Source of the DNA: Candidatus Omnitrophota bacterium
GTDB lineage: Bacteria > Omnitrophota > Gorgyraeia > JABMRN01 > RBG-13-46-9
Direction: 5' to 3'
DNA length: 64,000 nucleotides
Assembly: GCA_013203315.1 (NCBI GenBank)
Contig: JABMQJ010000026.1
Span: forward strand, 56,511-120,510
This document shows positions 1-10,200 of this stretch, one piece after another. The first letter of the stretch is position 1; each line of letters starts with the position of its first letter. Under the pieces are notes generated by a model. It ran no database searches. It saw only the letters and a list, made by a program, of their open reading frames with translations, and was not told the DNA's origin. A program made the position numbers and the translations under genes.

Positions 1-639
1 GTTGACGATCCGCTTGTCCAAAAGCGCTTCGAGGAAATAGGGGCAAAGCTCGCCAAGGTTTGCGACAGGCACGAATTCGTATACCACTTTAAGGTTCTGA
101 AGGCAAAAGAGGGCCCCAAGGAGAGGTATTACAACGCCTTTACGCTTCCCGGAGGGTATATTTATATGTTCGAGCCTTTATTAGAAGCGCTCGAAACCGA
201 TGATAAAATCGCCGCTGTTACGGCTCACGAGATCGGGCACATTTGCGGCCGACATGTTGTAAAAAGGCTACAGTCATCCCTTGGCGTTAACCTTCTCATG
301 ATTTTAGCCGTTGTTGCTGCGCGCGATGGCCGGACAGTAGCGCACACAAATGAGGCCATAACTCAGCTTATGATGTCGTATTCGAGGGAAGATGAATTTG
401 AGGCGGACAGATTATCCGTAGAATACGTTAAGAGAGCAGGGTTCGATCCGGAGGGCGTTTTAGAAAGTCTTCAAAGGCTAAAGGAATTAAGAAAAAAGGG
501 GCCTGATCGGAGATACATAGACTACAGGAGCCACCCCTATTTGTCGGAGCGAATTGCCGCTGCGAGGAAAGAAATTAAAGGTTATGCGGATTTCGATAGT
601 TATATAAACTTACCGCACAAAGAAAAGACTTTCGATTAG
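1..639 (+). CDS. M48 family zinc metallopeptidase (5' end outside window)
   Basis: Frame +1 is open from base 1 (VDDPLVQKRF...YYNAFTLPGGYIYMF), upstream of the 166 start in the ORF track. M48 motifs NAF..PGG, HEIGH, YSREDEFEAD and SHP..ER are present. Confidence 0.9.
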   Translation, partial: VDDPLVQKRFEEIGAKLAKVCDRHEFVYHFKVLKAKEGPKERYYNAFTLPGGYIYMFEPLLEALETDDKIAAVTAHEIGHICGRHVVKRLQSSLGVNLLMILAVVAARDGRTVAHTNEAITQLMMSYSREDEFEADRLSVEYVKRAGFDPEGVLESLQRLKELRKKGPDRRYIDYRSHPYLSERIAAARKEIKGYADFDSYINLPHKEKTFD

Positions 640-651
640 AGTTTCGGCAGG

Positions 652-1074
652 CTAAAATATCCCCAGGATCTTCCCGCGTATTATCTCGACATTTTTGAAG
701 CGAAGCGCGTTAAAAGACGTGCCGTCAAACATGCCTTCAAATTGGATTGTTTTTCCTTTTCTGATGCTTTTGGCGGTTTCGAGGCCTATCGTAAGCACTA
801 GTTCGTATGTCTCACCTTTGAAGCGTTTCGTGAGATACACTACAGCGTCATTTTTGGTACCGGCTACCTGCAAAACGTCTTTCACTCTTCCTTTTCCAAC
901 CGCAACTTGCCCGTTATATTGACGAACGGCGTCTCTTCTCTGAATAGAGGTCAGCTTTGTGTTGGTGAGGTCTTTTAATATCGTATTGACGTTTAAGGGT
1001 TTTGCGTAAGTATATATAGGAGAAAACGCGATAGAGAGCGCGAGAATTAATACAAGGATTTTTGTAATCTTCAT
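652..1074 (-). CDS. Small secreted hypothetical protein, possibly OB-fold-like
   Basis: 140 aa with a Sec signal (MKITKILVLILALSIAFSPIYTYA), GGAGG RBS upstream and a beta-rich body. The fold is a guess. Confidence 0.7.
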   Translation of the reverse strand: MKITKILVLILALSIAFSPIYTYAKPLNVNTILKDLTNTKLTSIQRRDAVRQYNGQVAVGKGRVKDVLQVAGTKNDAVVYLTKRFKGETYELVLTIGLETAKSIRKGKTIQFEGMFDGTSFNALRFKNVEIIRGKILGIF

Positions 1075-1083
1075 TTAGGCCTC

Positions 1084-1103
1084 CCTGCCTGCCGGTAGGC
1101 AAG
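1084..1103. repeat. REP-like GC palindrome CCTGCCTGCCGGTAGGCAAG
   Basis: Imperfect 20-bp palindrome (TGCCT...AGGCA arms) in an AT-rich intergenic region, directly upstream of the RBS of the minus-strand gene. Confidence 0.55.
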
Positions 1104-1139
1104 CTTTATATTTTTTTGGCTAGTTTTATAGACCATTCA

Positions 1140-1168
1140 AATATACCATAAAATAGACAAAAATACAA
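1140..1168 (-). promoter_or_regulatory. Putative sigma70 promoter for 652-1074
   Basis: Minus strand reads TTGTAT-N17-TATATT with an extended -10 TG. Confidence 0.45.
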
Positions 1169-1220
1169 ACAAAACAGGCCTTGACTTACAAGTTGGGCCG
1201 TGGTAAAAATAAATGAGGTT

Positions 1221-3236
1221 ATGAAATACATAATTAAAAAAGACATACCGCGTAAGTTTAAAAATATTGACTATAAAAAAGCATTAAATCCGGAACAACT
1301 CAAAGTTGTTACAGGAGCCGAGGGTCCGAGCCTTGTGCTCGCCGGGGCGGGCAGCGGAAAAACAAGGACCCTTATTTACCGCGTAGCCTATCTCCTCGAA
1401 AAAGGCATCTCACCGCAGAATATTTTACTCGTTACATTTACGAATAAAGCCGCAAAAAACATGGAGGAGAGAATTGAGGGGCTTTTGGAAGCCAAGCCCA
1501 AGCGACTGTGGAGTGGTACCTTCCATCACATCGGCAACCGGTCCTTGCGCCTTTTTACGAAAGACCTGGGATACAGGCAAAACTACAATATTCTTGACCA
1601 AGAAGATTCCGTTGATTTGCTCAAGGTTTGTATAAAAAACCTGAATATCAAAGTTCACGAAGAGCGTTTTCCACGCCCGAAGGTCCTGCGTTCCATAATA
1701 AGTTATTCCGTAAATTCCGACAAAACTATAGAGGAGACCCTGGAAAGGCAGCACCCCTATTTCCTGCGTTTTCACGATACGATACAAAAAATTAAAGCAG
1801 AATATGATGCTAAGAAACTCTCATCCAGCAACATGGATTACGATGATCTTCTCGTAAAATGGTTATGGCTCCTCAAGAACGTAGAAAGGGCCAGGGAGAG
1901 ATTTTCGAAACAATTTCACTATATTCTCGTAGATGAATATCAGGATACTAACAGGCTTCAATCGGCTATTATAAAGGAGCTTTCCGGATTACATGGAAAC
2001 GTTCTGGCGGTCGGAGATGACGCCCAGGCCATATATTCTTTCAGGGGGGCGGACGTGTCAAATATACTGCATTTTCCCAAAGAATACCCCGATGCGAAAA
2101 TATTTAAACTGGAAAGCAATTACCGCTCGTCTCCTGAGATCCTGGATCTCGCAAACGACTCCATATCGTATAACAGGAATCAATTTGAAAAGCACCTAAG
2201 GACTGTTAACGAAAACGGCTCGAAACCCGCCCTTATAGAGGTAAGGGATATGCGCGCCCAATCAAATTTTGTAGCCCAGCGCATACTGGAATTGCGTGAC
2301 GAAGGGGTGGAGCTAAAAGATATGGCCGTTCTTTTCAGGGCGCACTACCAGGCGGCGGAGCTGGAAATGGAGTTCACAAAAAGAGGTATTCCTTTTATTG
2401 TCCGCGGCGGAATCCGTTTTTTTGAACAGGCGCATATTAAAGACGTTTTAGCGCATGCCAAGATTTTGACAAATCCTTTTGATGAGATCTCGTGGATTAG
2501 GGCGCTTTCCATCCAATCCGGTATCGGCACCGCTTACGCGGGCCGCGTTTTTAATGAGTTTTTAAGCTTAGGTGACTTGAATAAAATGACAGGCAAAGAA
2601 TTCGGAAGGTTCCTTCCGGAAAGATCCCGAAAGGGCCTTAAGAATTTCAAGAAAATAATGAATTCCATAGTAAATGAGGGATTGGAAAAAAGGCCTGACG
2701 AAGTAATCAGGCGAATTATTGATTCAGGCTACGCCGACTACGTAATGACGCATTTCGACAATGCCAAAGACAGGGTAGACGATTTGCATGAGCTTGTAAA
2801 CTTCGCGCACGATTACAAGAATATAAAAACGCTTTTGCATGATATTACGCTGCGGGAGCCGTTCAAGGGTGAAACCATCACCGGATCACCTTCACACGAT
2901 GAATATATCGTGCTTTCTACGATCCACCAGGCAAAAGGGCTGGAGTGGAAGGCTGTTTTTATGGTAGGGCTTTGCGAAGGGCAATTTCCACACCCAAAGG
3001 CCAAGGAGGATCCGCTACAGCTGGAAGAAGAAAGAAGGCTGTTTTATGTCGCGGCGACAAGAACAAAGAGCGACTTATTCCTGTTGCACCCGATCACGAG
3101 GTATGATTACCAGATGGGGACAGTTATTTCACGTAAGTCATTGTTTTTAGAGGAGTTAAGTCCAGAACTCTATGATCATTGGGAGATAGAGGAAGAATAT
3201 GCTGAGAATTGCGTTATAGATCTTGACAGGGGCTAA
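1221..3236 (+). CDS. UvrD/PcrA/Rep family (SF1A) ATP-dependent DNA helicase
   Basis: Motifs LNPEQ, AGAGSGKT, TFTNKAA, VDEYQD, VGDDAQAIYSFRGA, NYRS, STIHQAKGLEW, EEERRLFYVAATR. ATG 1221 is preferred over GTG 1200 because GAGG precedes it. Confidence 0.95.
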   Translation: MKYIIKKDIPRKFKNIDYKKALNPEQLKVVTGAEGPSLVLAGAGSGKTRTLIYRVAYLLEKGISPQNILLVTFTNKAAKNMEERIEGLLEAKPKRLWSGTFHHIGNRSLRLFTKDLGYRQNYNILDQEDSVDLLKVCIKNLNIKVHEERFPRPKVLRSIISYSVNSDKTIEETLERQHPYFLRFHDTIQKIKAEYDAKKLSSSNMDYDDLLVKWLWLLKNVERARERFSKQFHYILVDEYQDTNRLQSAIIKELSGLHGNVLAVGDDAQAIYSFRGADVSNILHFPKEYPDAKIFKLESNYRSSPEILDLANDSISYNRNQFEKHLRTVNENGSKPALIEVRDMRAQSNFVAQRILELRDEGVELKDMAVLFRAHYQAAELEMEFTKRGIPFIVRGGIRFFEQAHIKDVLAHAKILTNPFDEISWIRALSIQSGIGTAYAGRVFNEFLSLGDLNKMTGKEFGRFLPERSRKGLKNFKKIMNSIVNEGLEKRPDEVIRRIIDSGYADYVMTHFDNAKDRVDDLHELVNFAHDYKNIKTLLHDITLREPFKGETITGSPSHDEYIVLSTIHQAKGLEWKAVFMVGLCEGQFPHPKAKEDPLQLEEERRLFYVAATRTKSDLFLLHPITRYDYQMGTVISRKSLFLEELSPELYDHWEIEEEYAENCVIDLDRG

Positions 3237-3304
3237 AAACAAGCTTAAACGTTGTTAGGTTATAAAAAAGCCACATTCTTACCCTTCTTTTTCCCCCCAT
3301 TCTG

Positions 3305-3313
3305 TGCTATACT
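3305..3313 (+). promoter_or_regulatory. Putative extended -10 promoter of the ECF sigma gene
   Basis: TGcTATACT about 150 bp upstream of the start; no clear -35. Confidence 0.35.
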
Positions 3314-3466
3314 CTATGTAGAGTTAAATAAAGTGCTTGAATGAAGACAACGAGCAAAACGTAAGATTTTCGACAGGCATTTTTTTTGTCAACTAACTAA
3401 AAGCTTTAAAAAAGTATTACCTATATGTATGATGCAAGTTTTACGCAAGTACTGGAGGAACCCAGA

Positions 3467-4057
3467 ATGAAACATTTCACGGACGAGCAATTGATAAAGA
3501 AAGCGAAGCGTAAAGATAAGAGCGCTTTTAGCGAGGTCATTGATAGGTATAGCGATAAGATGCTCGGGTATCTCTATCGATACGTGGGTGACTATCAGAA
3601 AGCCGAAGACCTGACGGTTGAAACATTTTTCAACGCGTATAAAAGGCTGAAAACCTACACGGAAATGGGCAAATTCAGTTCGTGGCTTTACATGATAGCG
3701 ACAAACTGTGCACGGAAAGAGTTACAAAAAAGGGCCCGCTCCAAGGAGGTTTCGCTTGAAAAGCCTTTGGGCGTAGGGGCGAAGGAAGATATAAACTTAG
3801 GCGACTTGATAGCCGATGAAAAAACACGTCCCGATTACAACGCCAGGCAAACCGAACTTAAAGAGCTGATTTACAGCGCGATATCAAAGCTGGATAAAAA
3901 GTATAAAGACGTTTTGCTATTTTGCGATGTCGAAGGTTTATCTTATGAAGAGGCAGCCAAGATTTTGAAGTGCAATCCGATAACAATCGGCACCAGAGTA
4001 AGAAGGGCACGAATCATGCTATACAATACACTGCGAAGATATGGTTATGAATTCTAA
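3467..4057 (+). CDS. ECF (group 4) sigma-70 family RNA polymerase sigma factor
   Basis: Region 2 (DEQLI...AEDLTVETF...KFSSWLYMIATN) and region 4 (EGLSYEEAAKIL.C...TIGTRVRRAR). ATG 3467 follows GGAGGA; alternative start 3425. Confidence 0.93.
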   Translation: MKHFTDEQLIKKAKRKDKSAFSEVIDRYSDKMLGYLYRYVGDYQKAEDLTVETFFNAYKRLKTYTEMGKFSSWLYMIATNCARKELQKRARSKEVSLEKPLGVGAKEDINLGDLIADEKTRPDYNARQTELKELIYSAISKLDKKYKDVLLFCDVEGLSYEEAAKILKCNPITIGTRVRRARIMLYNTLRRYGYEF

Positions 4058-4121
4058 AACAAGGTGTCTATACCCTGTATATGGGGGCGTCCCCATAAAG
4101 ATGATTTTTTTTGAAATAAAG

Positions 4122-4161
4122 TGAAATATTCCGGGATTTAGGGGATTATACATAATAGAAG
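4122..4161 (+). promoter_or_regulatory. Conserved upstream motif of giant gene 1 (candidate ECF promoter)
   Basis: TGAAATATTccGGGaTTTaGGGGATTATAcaTAaTAGAAG matches 55430-55469 at 33/40 positions without gaps. Confidence 0.65.
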
Positions 4162-4181
4162 CTTAAAAAAGCTTGGCAAAA

Positions 4182-4270
4182 ATCTACGTGTTTTGAGTTT
4201 CGTATCTACGTCTTTTTTTATGTCCTGAAACTTAGGACATTTAAAAAGGGATAAATAAGGAGATCTACGT
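4182..4270 (+). repeat. Three ATCTACGT copies in the leader (4182, 4204, 4263) plus hairpin 4220-4240
   Basis: Read directly. The third copy lies between the AAGGAG RBS and the GTG start. Confidence 0.75.
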
Positions 4271-7200
4271 GATGAATGCTTGGCGTCCTTGGCAGTCTTG
4301 GCGAGTTTGGCAAGAACGCAAACTAAATAAACGCGAAAGTAATTATAATAATATAGATGCTAATGGTCTATCCGGAGGCGGTGTGTCTTCGGACGATTCT
4401 ATGGAAGGCATGGCAGTTTGGACAAAACGCCATGCCCTTTTAATTAAAACTTTAGCATGGGTTTTAGTTTTTGCTTTTATAGTTTATGACATAACATGGG
4501 CGCAGGGCGGCGAGCCGCTTAGCCTTGGCGCTAAGGCGAGCGCCGTAAAAGTAAACGGCAGAGTTCACGAAGAAGGCATCAGGATACCGCGCGACGCCGG
4601 CTGGGCTCACGAATCGCATATCAACGGCAGCGACGAATTTATATTTAACATACAAGACCCGCACGCAAGCCTCGATGCACAGCACTCAATCGTAAGAATC
4701 CTCGAGTCACTAAGCTCAAACTACGACCTGAACCTAATCGCGTTAGAAGGCGCCGAAGGCCCGATAGACATATCGTTTTTACGGACCTTCCCGGACGCTG
4801 AGATACGGAAGCACGCGGCCGAATATCTAATGCGCGAAGGCCGCATGTCAGCGGGTGAATTCTTCGCAATTGTATCCGAAAAACCGATAAAGCTCTACGG
4901 CATAGAAAATAGTCGCCTGTATCTCGAAAACGTGGAAGTATTTACGAAATTCATGGAATCGAGGCAAGGCTGCATAGACCACGTAAAAGGCGCTTTAAAA
5001 GCCCTAGAGAAATTCGCGCCAAAAGTTTACTCAAAAGACCTTCAAAAGTTATTGAAAGCGTCCAGGCTCCACGAGGAAGACAAGCTCGCATTCGTTAAGT
5101 ACTGGGAAGTTATTACGAAAATCGCAGAAGAACGCAATGTTGAACTTGGGGATTTTGCGGGCCTTCCGCAACTACTGGCAGCAATTGAAATCGAGAAGGA
5201 AATCGATACAAAAGAGCTCAACAAGGAAAGAAAGCAGCTTCTTGACGAGCTTACAAATACGCTCACAAAGCCAGAGCTCGAAGACCTCGTAAAAACATCT
5301 CTCGATTACAAAACCGGCAAAGTATCCCAAAGCCAGTTTCACAAGTACGTGATGCGCCTTGCGCTGGATAAAGGCCTTTTCCTTCAGCAATACTCCAACC
5401 TGGCAACGTTTAGCCGATACATCGCCGCTTACGAAGACATAAACTTCATGCAGCTTTTCCTCGAGATAGAGCAAGTTGAAGCCCGTCTCAGGGAGATCTT
5501 ATTCCTGAGCGATGAAGAAAGGGAGCTCTATAACTTCACAAAAGCAGTCCGCACCACAAAAAAGCTATTCGATATCGCAGTAGGCAATAGCGACTACGAA
5601 TTTATCCTGGAAAGCAAGAAATACTTCAATACAGATAACCTGCGCGAATTTATTAACAAAACCTACAAAAAATATGCCCTGATCAATGAAGATGAGTATG
5701 ACGTAAATCGCGTATTCGAAAAACTAAGTGATGGCACCGAGCTTTATAACGTAGCCCAAAAGCGTAATAATGCCATGATTTCAAACACCCTAAGAGCCAT
5801 GAGGATTAACAAGGAATACGCTGCCGCTCTCATAACCGGTGGTTTCCACTCAAAAGGCTTAGCAGAACTCATAAGAAAAAAAGAGCTTTCATACCTGATT
5901 GTAATGCCGAAATACGAAGGCGAAAACAAAAGGCCGTATATAGCCGTTCTTACACAGAAACGCCAACCTTACGAGGAACTTCTTGAAACCGGCGAATACA
6001 TGCTAGCAGTAAGGGCTTTCTGTTGGGACAGCGATCCGCGGAACATGGCAAGGGTCATAATGCCGATCGCAATATTGGCAGAACGCGGGCCTCTATCATT
6101 TGAAGATCTTGTTACGCAACACTATGAACAATTTTTACCTGTTTTTGAATACTATCAGAAGGCAAGAGAACAGTGGGGTGGCGATGGCTTGAGAACGCCG
6201 GTTGCGGAAAAAGACTTCTGCGCTATATACGGAGCAGAGGCGGATGCAAGCGGTAAACCGATTAGGGGCGAAGATGGCAAAATTCAGATAAAAACAAAAC
6301 CGGTTGTAGTTAGAACATCGGTAGCGAACACACCAGTTTTTGTCGTGCGCCTCAAAATAAACGGTGAGAGTTTTGTTGGCTGCTTCGCTGAAAAAGACGG
6401 AAATTTTGAGTACCTCAGCCTGGATAGCTCAATGGCTAAAAAAGCAATAAGGAGCGCGACACGAAAAACCAGGAGATTAGCTTCGGAAAGAAAAGAAATT
6501 ACCGCCGCAGTAGCGCGAGACGTTTCAATTGACGGGGCTGAAGGCATATTAGAAGGGCTAGGATCGCTATATATAGAGGAAAGCGCACTTAATACAGACC
6601 AAATAGCAGAGCGTGATAAGGCGCTTGAACTTATTGGAGCAGCAGCCAGTCGGCTTAATGGCCAAGAGGTAACCGTTAATAGGGCTGTTCGAGCCTTTGC
6701 AGGCGCAGCAGGTGCAGCAGGATATAGGATAGACCGAAAGAAGATCGGAGAAGACCTTCAGAATGTTATTGCAGCAGAAATAAAAAAGAAATTAACACCG
6801 GAAGCTGCAGTCATACCGGATTTAGATAACAGGCTTAGCGAAAAGATAGAAAGATCCTTAAAGGAGCACCCCGAACAGAGAAATCCGGAATCCCTAGCAA
6901 GTTTAAAACAAAAGCTGCTGGAATTATACAAAAAGATTTCGTCTTCTAAAGATATATTAGGTAACCCGGAGAAACAGGAGAAACTAGCGGCATTAATTGA
7001 ATATACATTTGACAAGCTTTTAGATCAAGACGTAGATGATCTGAAGCTCCCGTATACTCCTCACGGCGCAAAACACTCGCTTGACGTTGCTAATTATATG
7101 GAAAGCCTGGTAGAAAATACCCCCGGTCTTAAAGAAAGGCTGGAAGATCTCTACGGCGAGAATTATAAAGAAATAGTTTTTTTGCTTGGACTTCTTCATG

Positions 7201-10200
7201 ACATAGGATATGCCGGATTGGAAGGCGCTAAGAAACAATTTGGAAAAGATAAAGTCGAAAAAGGTTATCATGCTGACTTAGGTGCGGCTATGGCAAGGGA
7301 TGACTTATCCGCTATTTTGCGGGAACTTTTTGGCATGGAAAGAGATGGGTCTCGGGAAGACAAAAGCGCGTTAGACGATTTCATAGATGCGATATTGCTG
7401 CACGGCGCGGATAAACGAAGTGTAGAAGAAGAAGGTCCTGAAGGTTCCGGCGAGCATAAGCATACACCGGCAAGCGAAACTAATAACCCTCTCCTCATGC
7501 TGGTGAGGTTAGCAGATAATCTGGATGTCTCCAGGGATAGGCTGAGAGGTTGGCAGAAGAATCCGTGGTTTATGAGAATACTTTATCACATGGCGAACGA
7601 TCAGGTTCTGCAGGATATTTCAGAAAGAAAGGACCTGACAAAAGACCAACGCGAAAACTTAATCAATGAAAGATTGAAATATCTAAGGGCAGAGGAGCTT
7701 AAAAAGCTGAAAAAAAGAAAAAAACTTGCCCAAAGAGTGCGGGAAAGTGGTGATACGGAAGCCATGGAAGAGTTCTGTAATGAGTTTCAGATTGATCCGC
7801 AGACAGATCAAGAAATGATAATGCAATTATTGGAACAACTAACTAAGCCAGGCTCTGAACAGGAGTTTAAGAGAATTGAAGAAATGATTGGCAAAATGGA
7901 TAACGAGGCATTCAAGCACTTTATAGGTGCCTTGGCTATCAGGGAACTTATATTGAGCGTAGATGAAGAAGGAAATTTAGCGATAAAAGCCATCGTTACG
8001 GACAGGGCAGACAATCCTATTTGGAGGGAGGCTGCCGAATTCCAGATAAATGGTAAAGGAAGAACCAATAATGCGCTAGAGTCACTTAGTATAAACGGAA
8101 GAACTGTGAGAGTCCAAATCAGCTATGGAAAAAAGCAGTTGGAACTACCAATGCCAGGTGATCTCGGGAAACCAGTTGGTGCATTGGCCTCAGTTGCTGC
8201 ATTGGCCATTGATGTAATGGAAGCGCAGAGCGTACTAGCTGTGCCGGGAGCCGAAGTGCATGTAGAAGACGTTACCCTGCCTGCAGCCACGTCTGTAGTA
8301 GACGTTACCCCGCCTGCAGCTACGTCTGTTGTAGATACAACCCAAATCCAGCCTCAAATCGAGCTGGATGAAGCCAAGAAAGTATCTCCGTATTTAGCAA
8401 GAGTACTCCCCACATTAAGCCCAGAAATATTGAGCCAAAAAACCGGTATAAAAGCCGAGGTAGTAGACCTTGCCGGCACGCTACTTGGCATAAGAGATTA
8501 TCTTTTAATGAAAGAAGAAGGCAAAGAATTAGTCATGGCATGGATCCTGGAAGATAACGAGAGAAAACAGAAGATGATGGAAAAAGCCGGAGAAGATTAT
8601 AAAGGAGACGGTTATGATTTAGTCTTGCAGGTAGCTGAAAAGCGTTTTGTAGATGGTAAGAGAGAAAAAGAAAGCGACAGGGCTGCTGCCAGACGCGTTG
8701 CATTAGGAATGGTGGCGCAGATTATAGCATACTACGGGAAGGAAAATATCGCTGCCCCCGGTGTCGAAAAAATAACAGCCAAAGCGCTGCAGGGTAAAAT
8801 AAATAATGCCTTTACAAGGAGAGATAGGGCCAGACGCGAACAGCTTCTTGTAGAACACGGCATAGACATAGCGGAAAGTAATGCCCAGCTATTAGTAACC
8901 ACAAATACAATCGACTTGGAAGGAAGAATAGGCATATTAGGAAGGTTCGGCGTTACGGTTACCGCAGATCTTCTTTTATGCAGCGAAAAGTTATTGGAAA
9001 CCAATATACCTATTATAATTGGGCATGACATAAAACCGGAAGATATAACCGCAGATCACGTTCATAACTTTCAAGATACGTTAAGAACAGAGCGCGAGGA
9101 AGATGTAAGACACATAGCGAGCTTAGGTGCTGACGAAGAAAATGCAGGGGCGCAAGCAACCGCGCGGCACGAGGCCGTTCAAGCAAAAATAGACCGAGTG
9201 GATCGTGAGCGTGAGGCACTTGTGAGGAACTTAATATCTGCGCGTCAAAAAAAGCACAATACGCGCATGAAGGCAGAAGGCCAGAACCCGATCGAAGGTA
9301 CATACGAGGATATTGCGTTTCGCAGGGACGCGCTAGGAAAAGAAATTTTCGGCAAACTTTCCTCGCTTAAAGAGGAACTTGCACAGAATATTCCGGAGGA
9401 CGATGCAATAACAGCAATAAAGCAAGAACTGGAAGAGCTCAAAACAAGGGTAATAGAACTTGATAAGAGAAGAAGAGAAAGAAAAGGTATTTCGAGAATA
9501 CTTAATCTCGTAACCCGAATGATAATAGGAAGGCGTGTCCGTAGGATAGCTCGGCTGGAATTTGAACTAAACGAACGAATTCCGCAAGCCGCGCTCATGA
9601 TTCAAAAGATAGATCTTTATGAAGCAGGATTGCTTCAGGCCGAGCCGCAGGATATAGGCATGTTGCGAAATGAAATCGAGAATGCCCTTTCTCGAAATGA
9701 CGCCAAAGACTTCAAAAAGCTAGTAAGAGAATATCTGACAAAAACAAGGGTATTAAACGATATAGATAACGAGCTAGACAAATTTGAATCGGATCGAGAA
9801 AATCAGGTTGCCCACGAGGAACGATTCTACATGTATTGCCCGCAGTCTGTAAGGGACTATATAGAGGTAAGGCGCTCTGAGATAGCCGAGCTTAAGGCCA
9901 AGATAGATGCGCTTGACGCAAAAATAGAATCCGGAAGAACCGTGAAAGGATTCAGGAGAATCCTTAGAGGTCGTCGCTTTGGAATTTTGACTTTGTTAAC
10001 ACGTGTTAGAAAATTATTTCATAAATTGCAGCTCAACAGATTAGAGGCACAGTCAACCCCGGAAGCGATTATTGCCAGGCTTTCCGAGGCTGCAAGGAGA
10101 CACCTTGCATTCCAAACCAATGAATGGTCCAGATTCAACGGATTTTTAGGAGGTCTTGCGGATATTAACACGCTTGTCAAGGGAGGTATTCCGGTGATAG

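Noticed and set aside
914-1102. 62-aa ORF starting MPTGRQG
   Set aside because: Its start derives from the palindrome at 1084-1103, and it overlaps the better-supported 652-1074 gene.
1181-1210. sigma70 promoter for the helicase (TTGACT-N17-TAAAAA)
   Set aside because: Good -35, but the -10 lacks the conserved final T; too weak to list.
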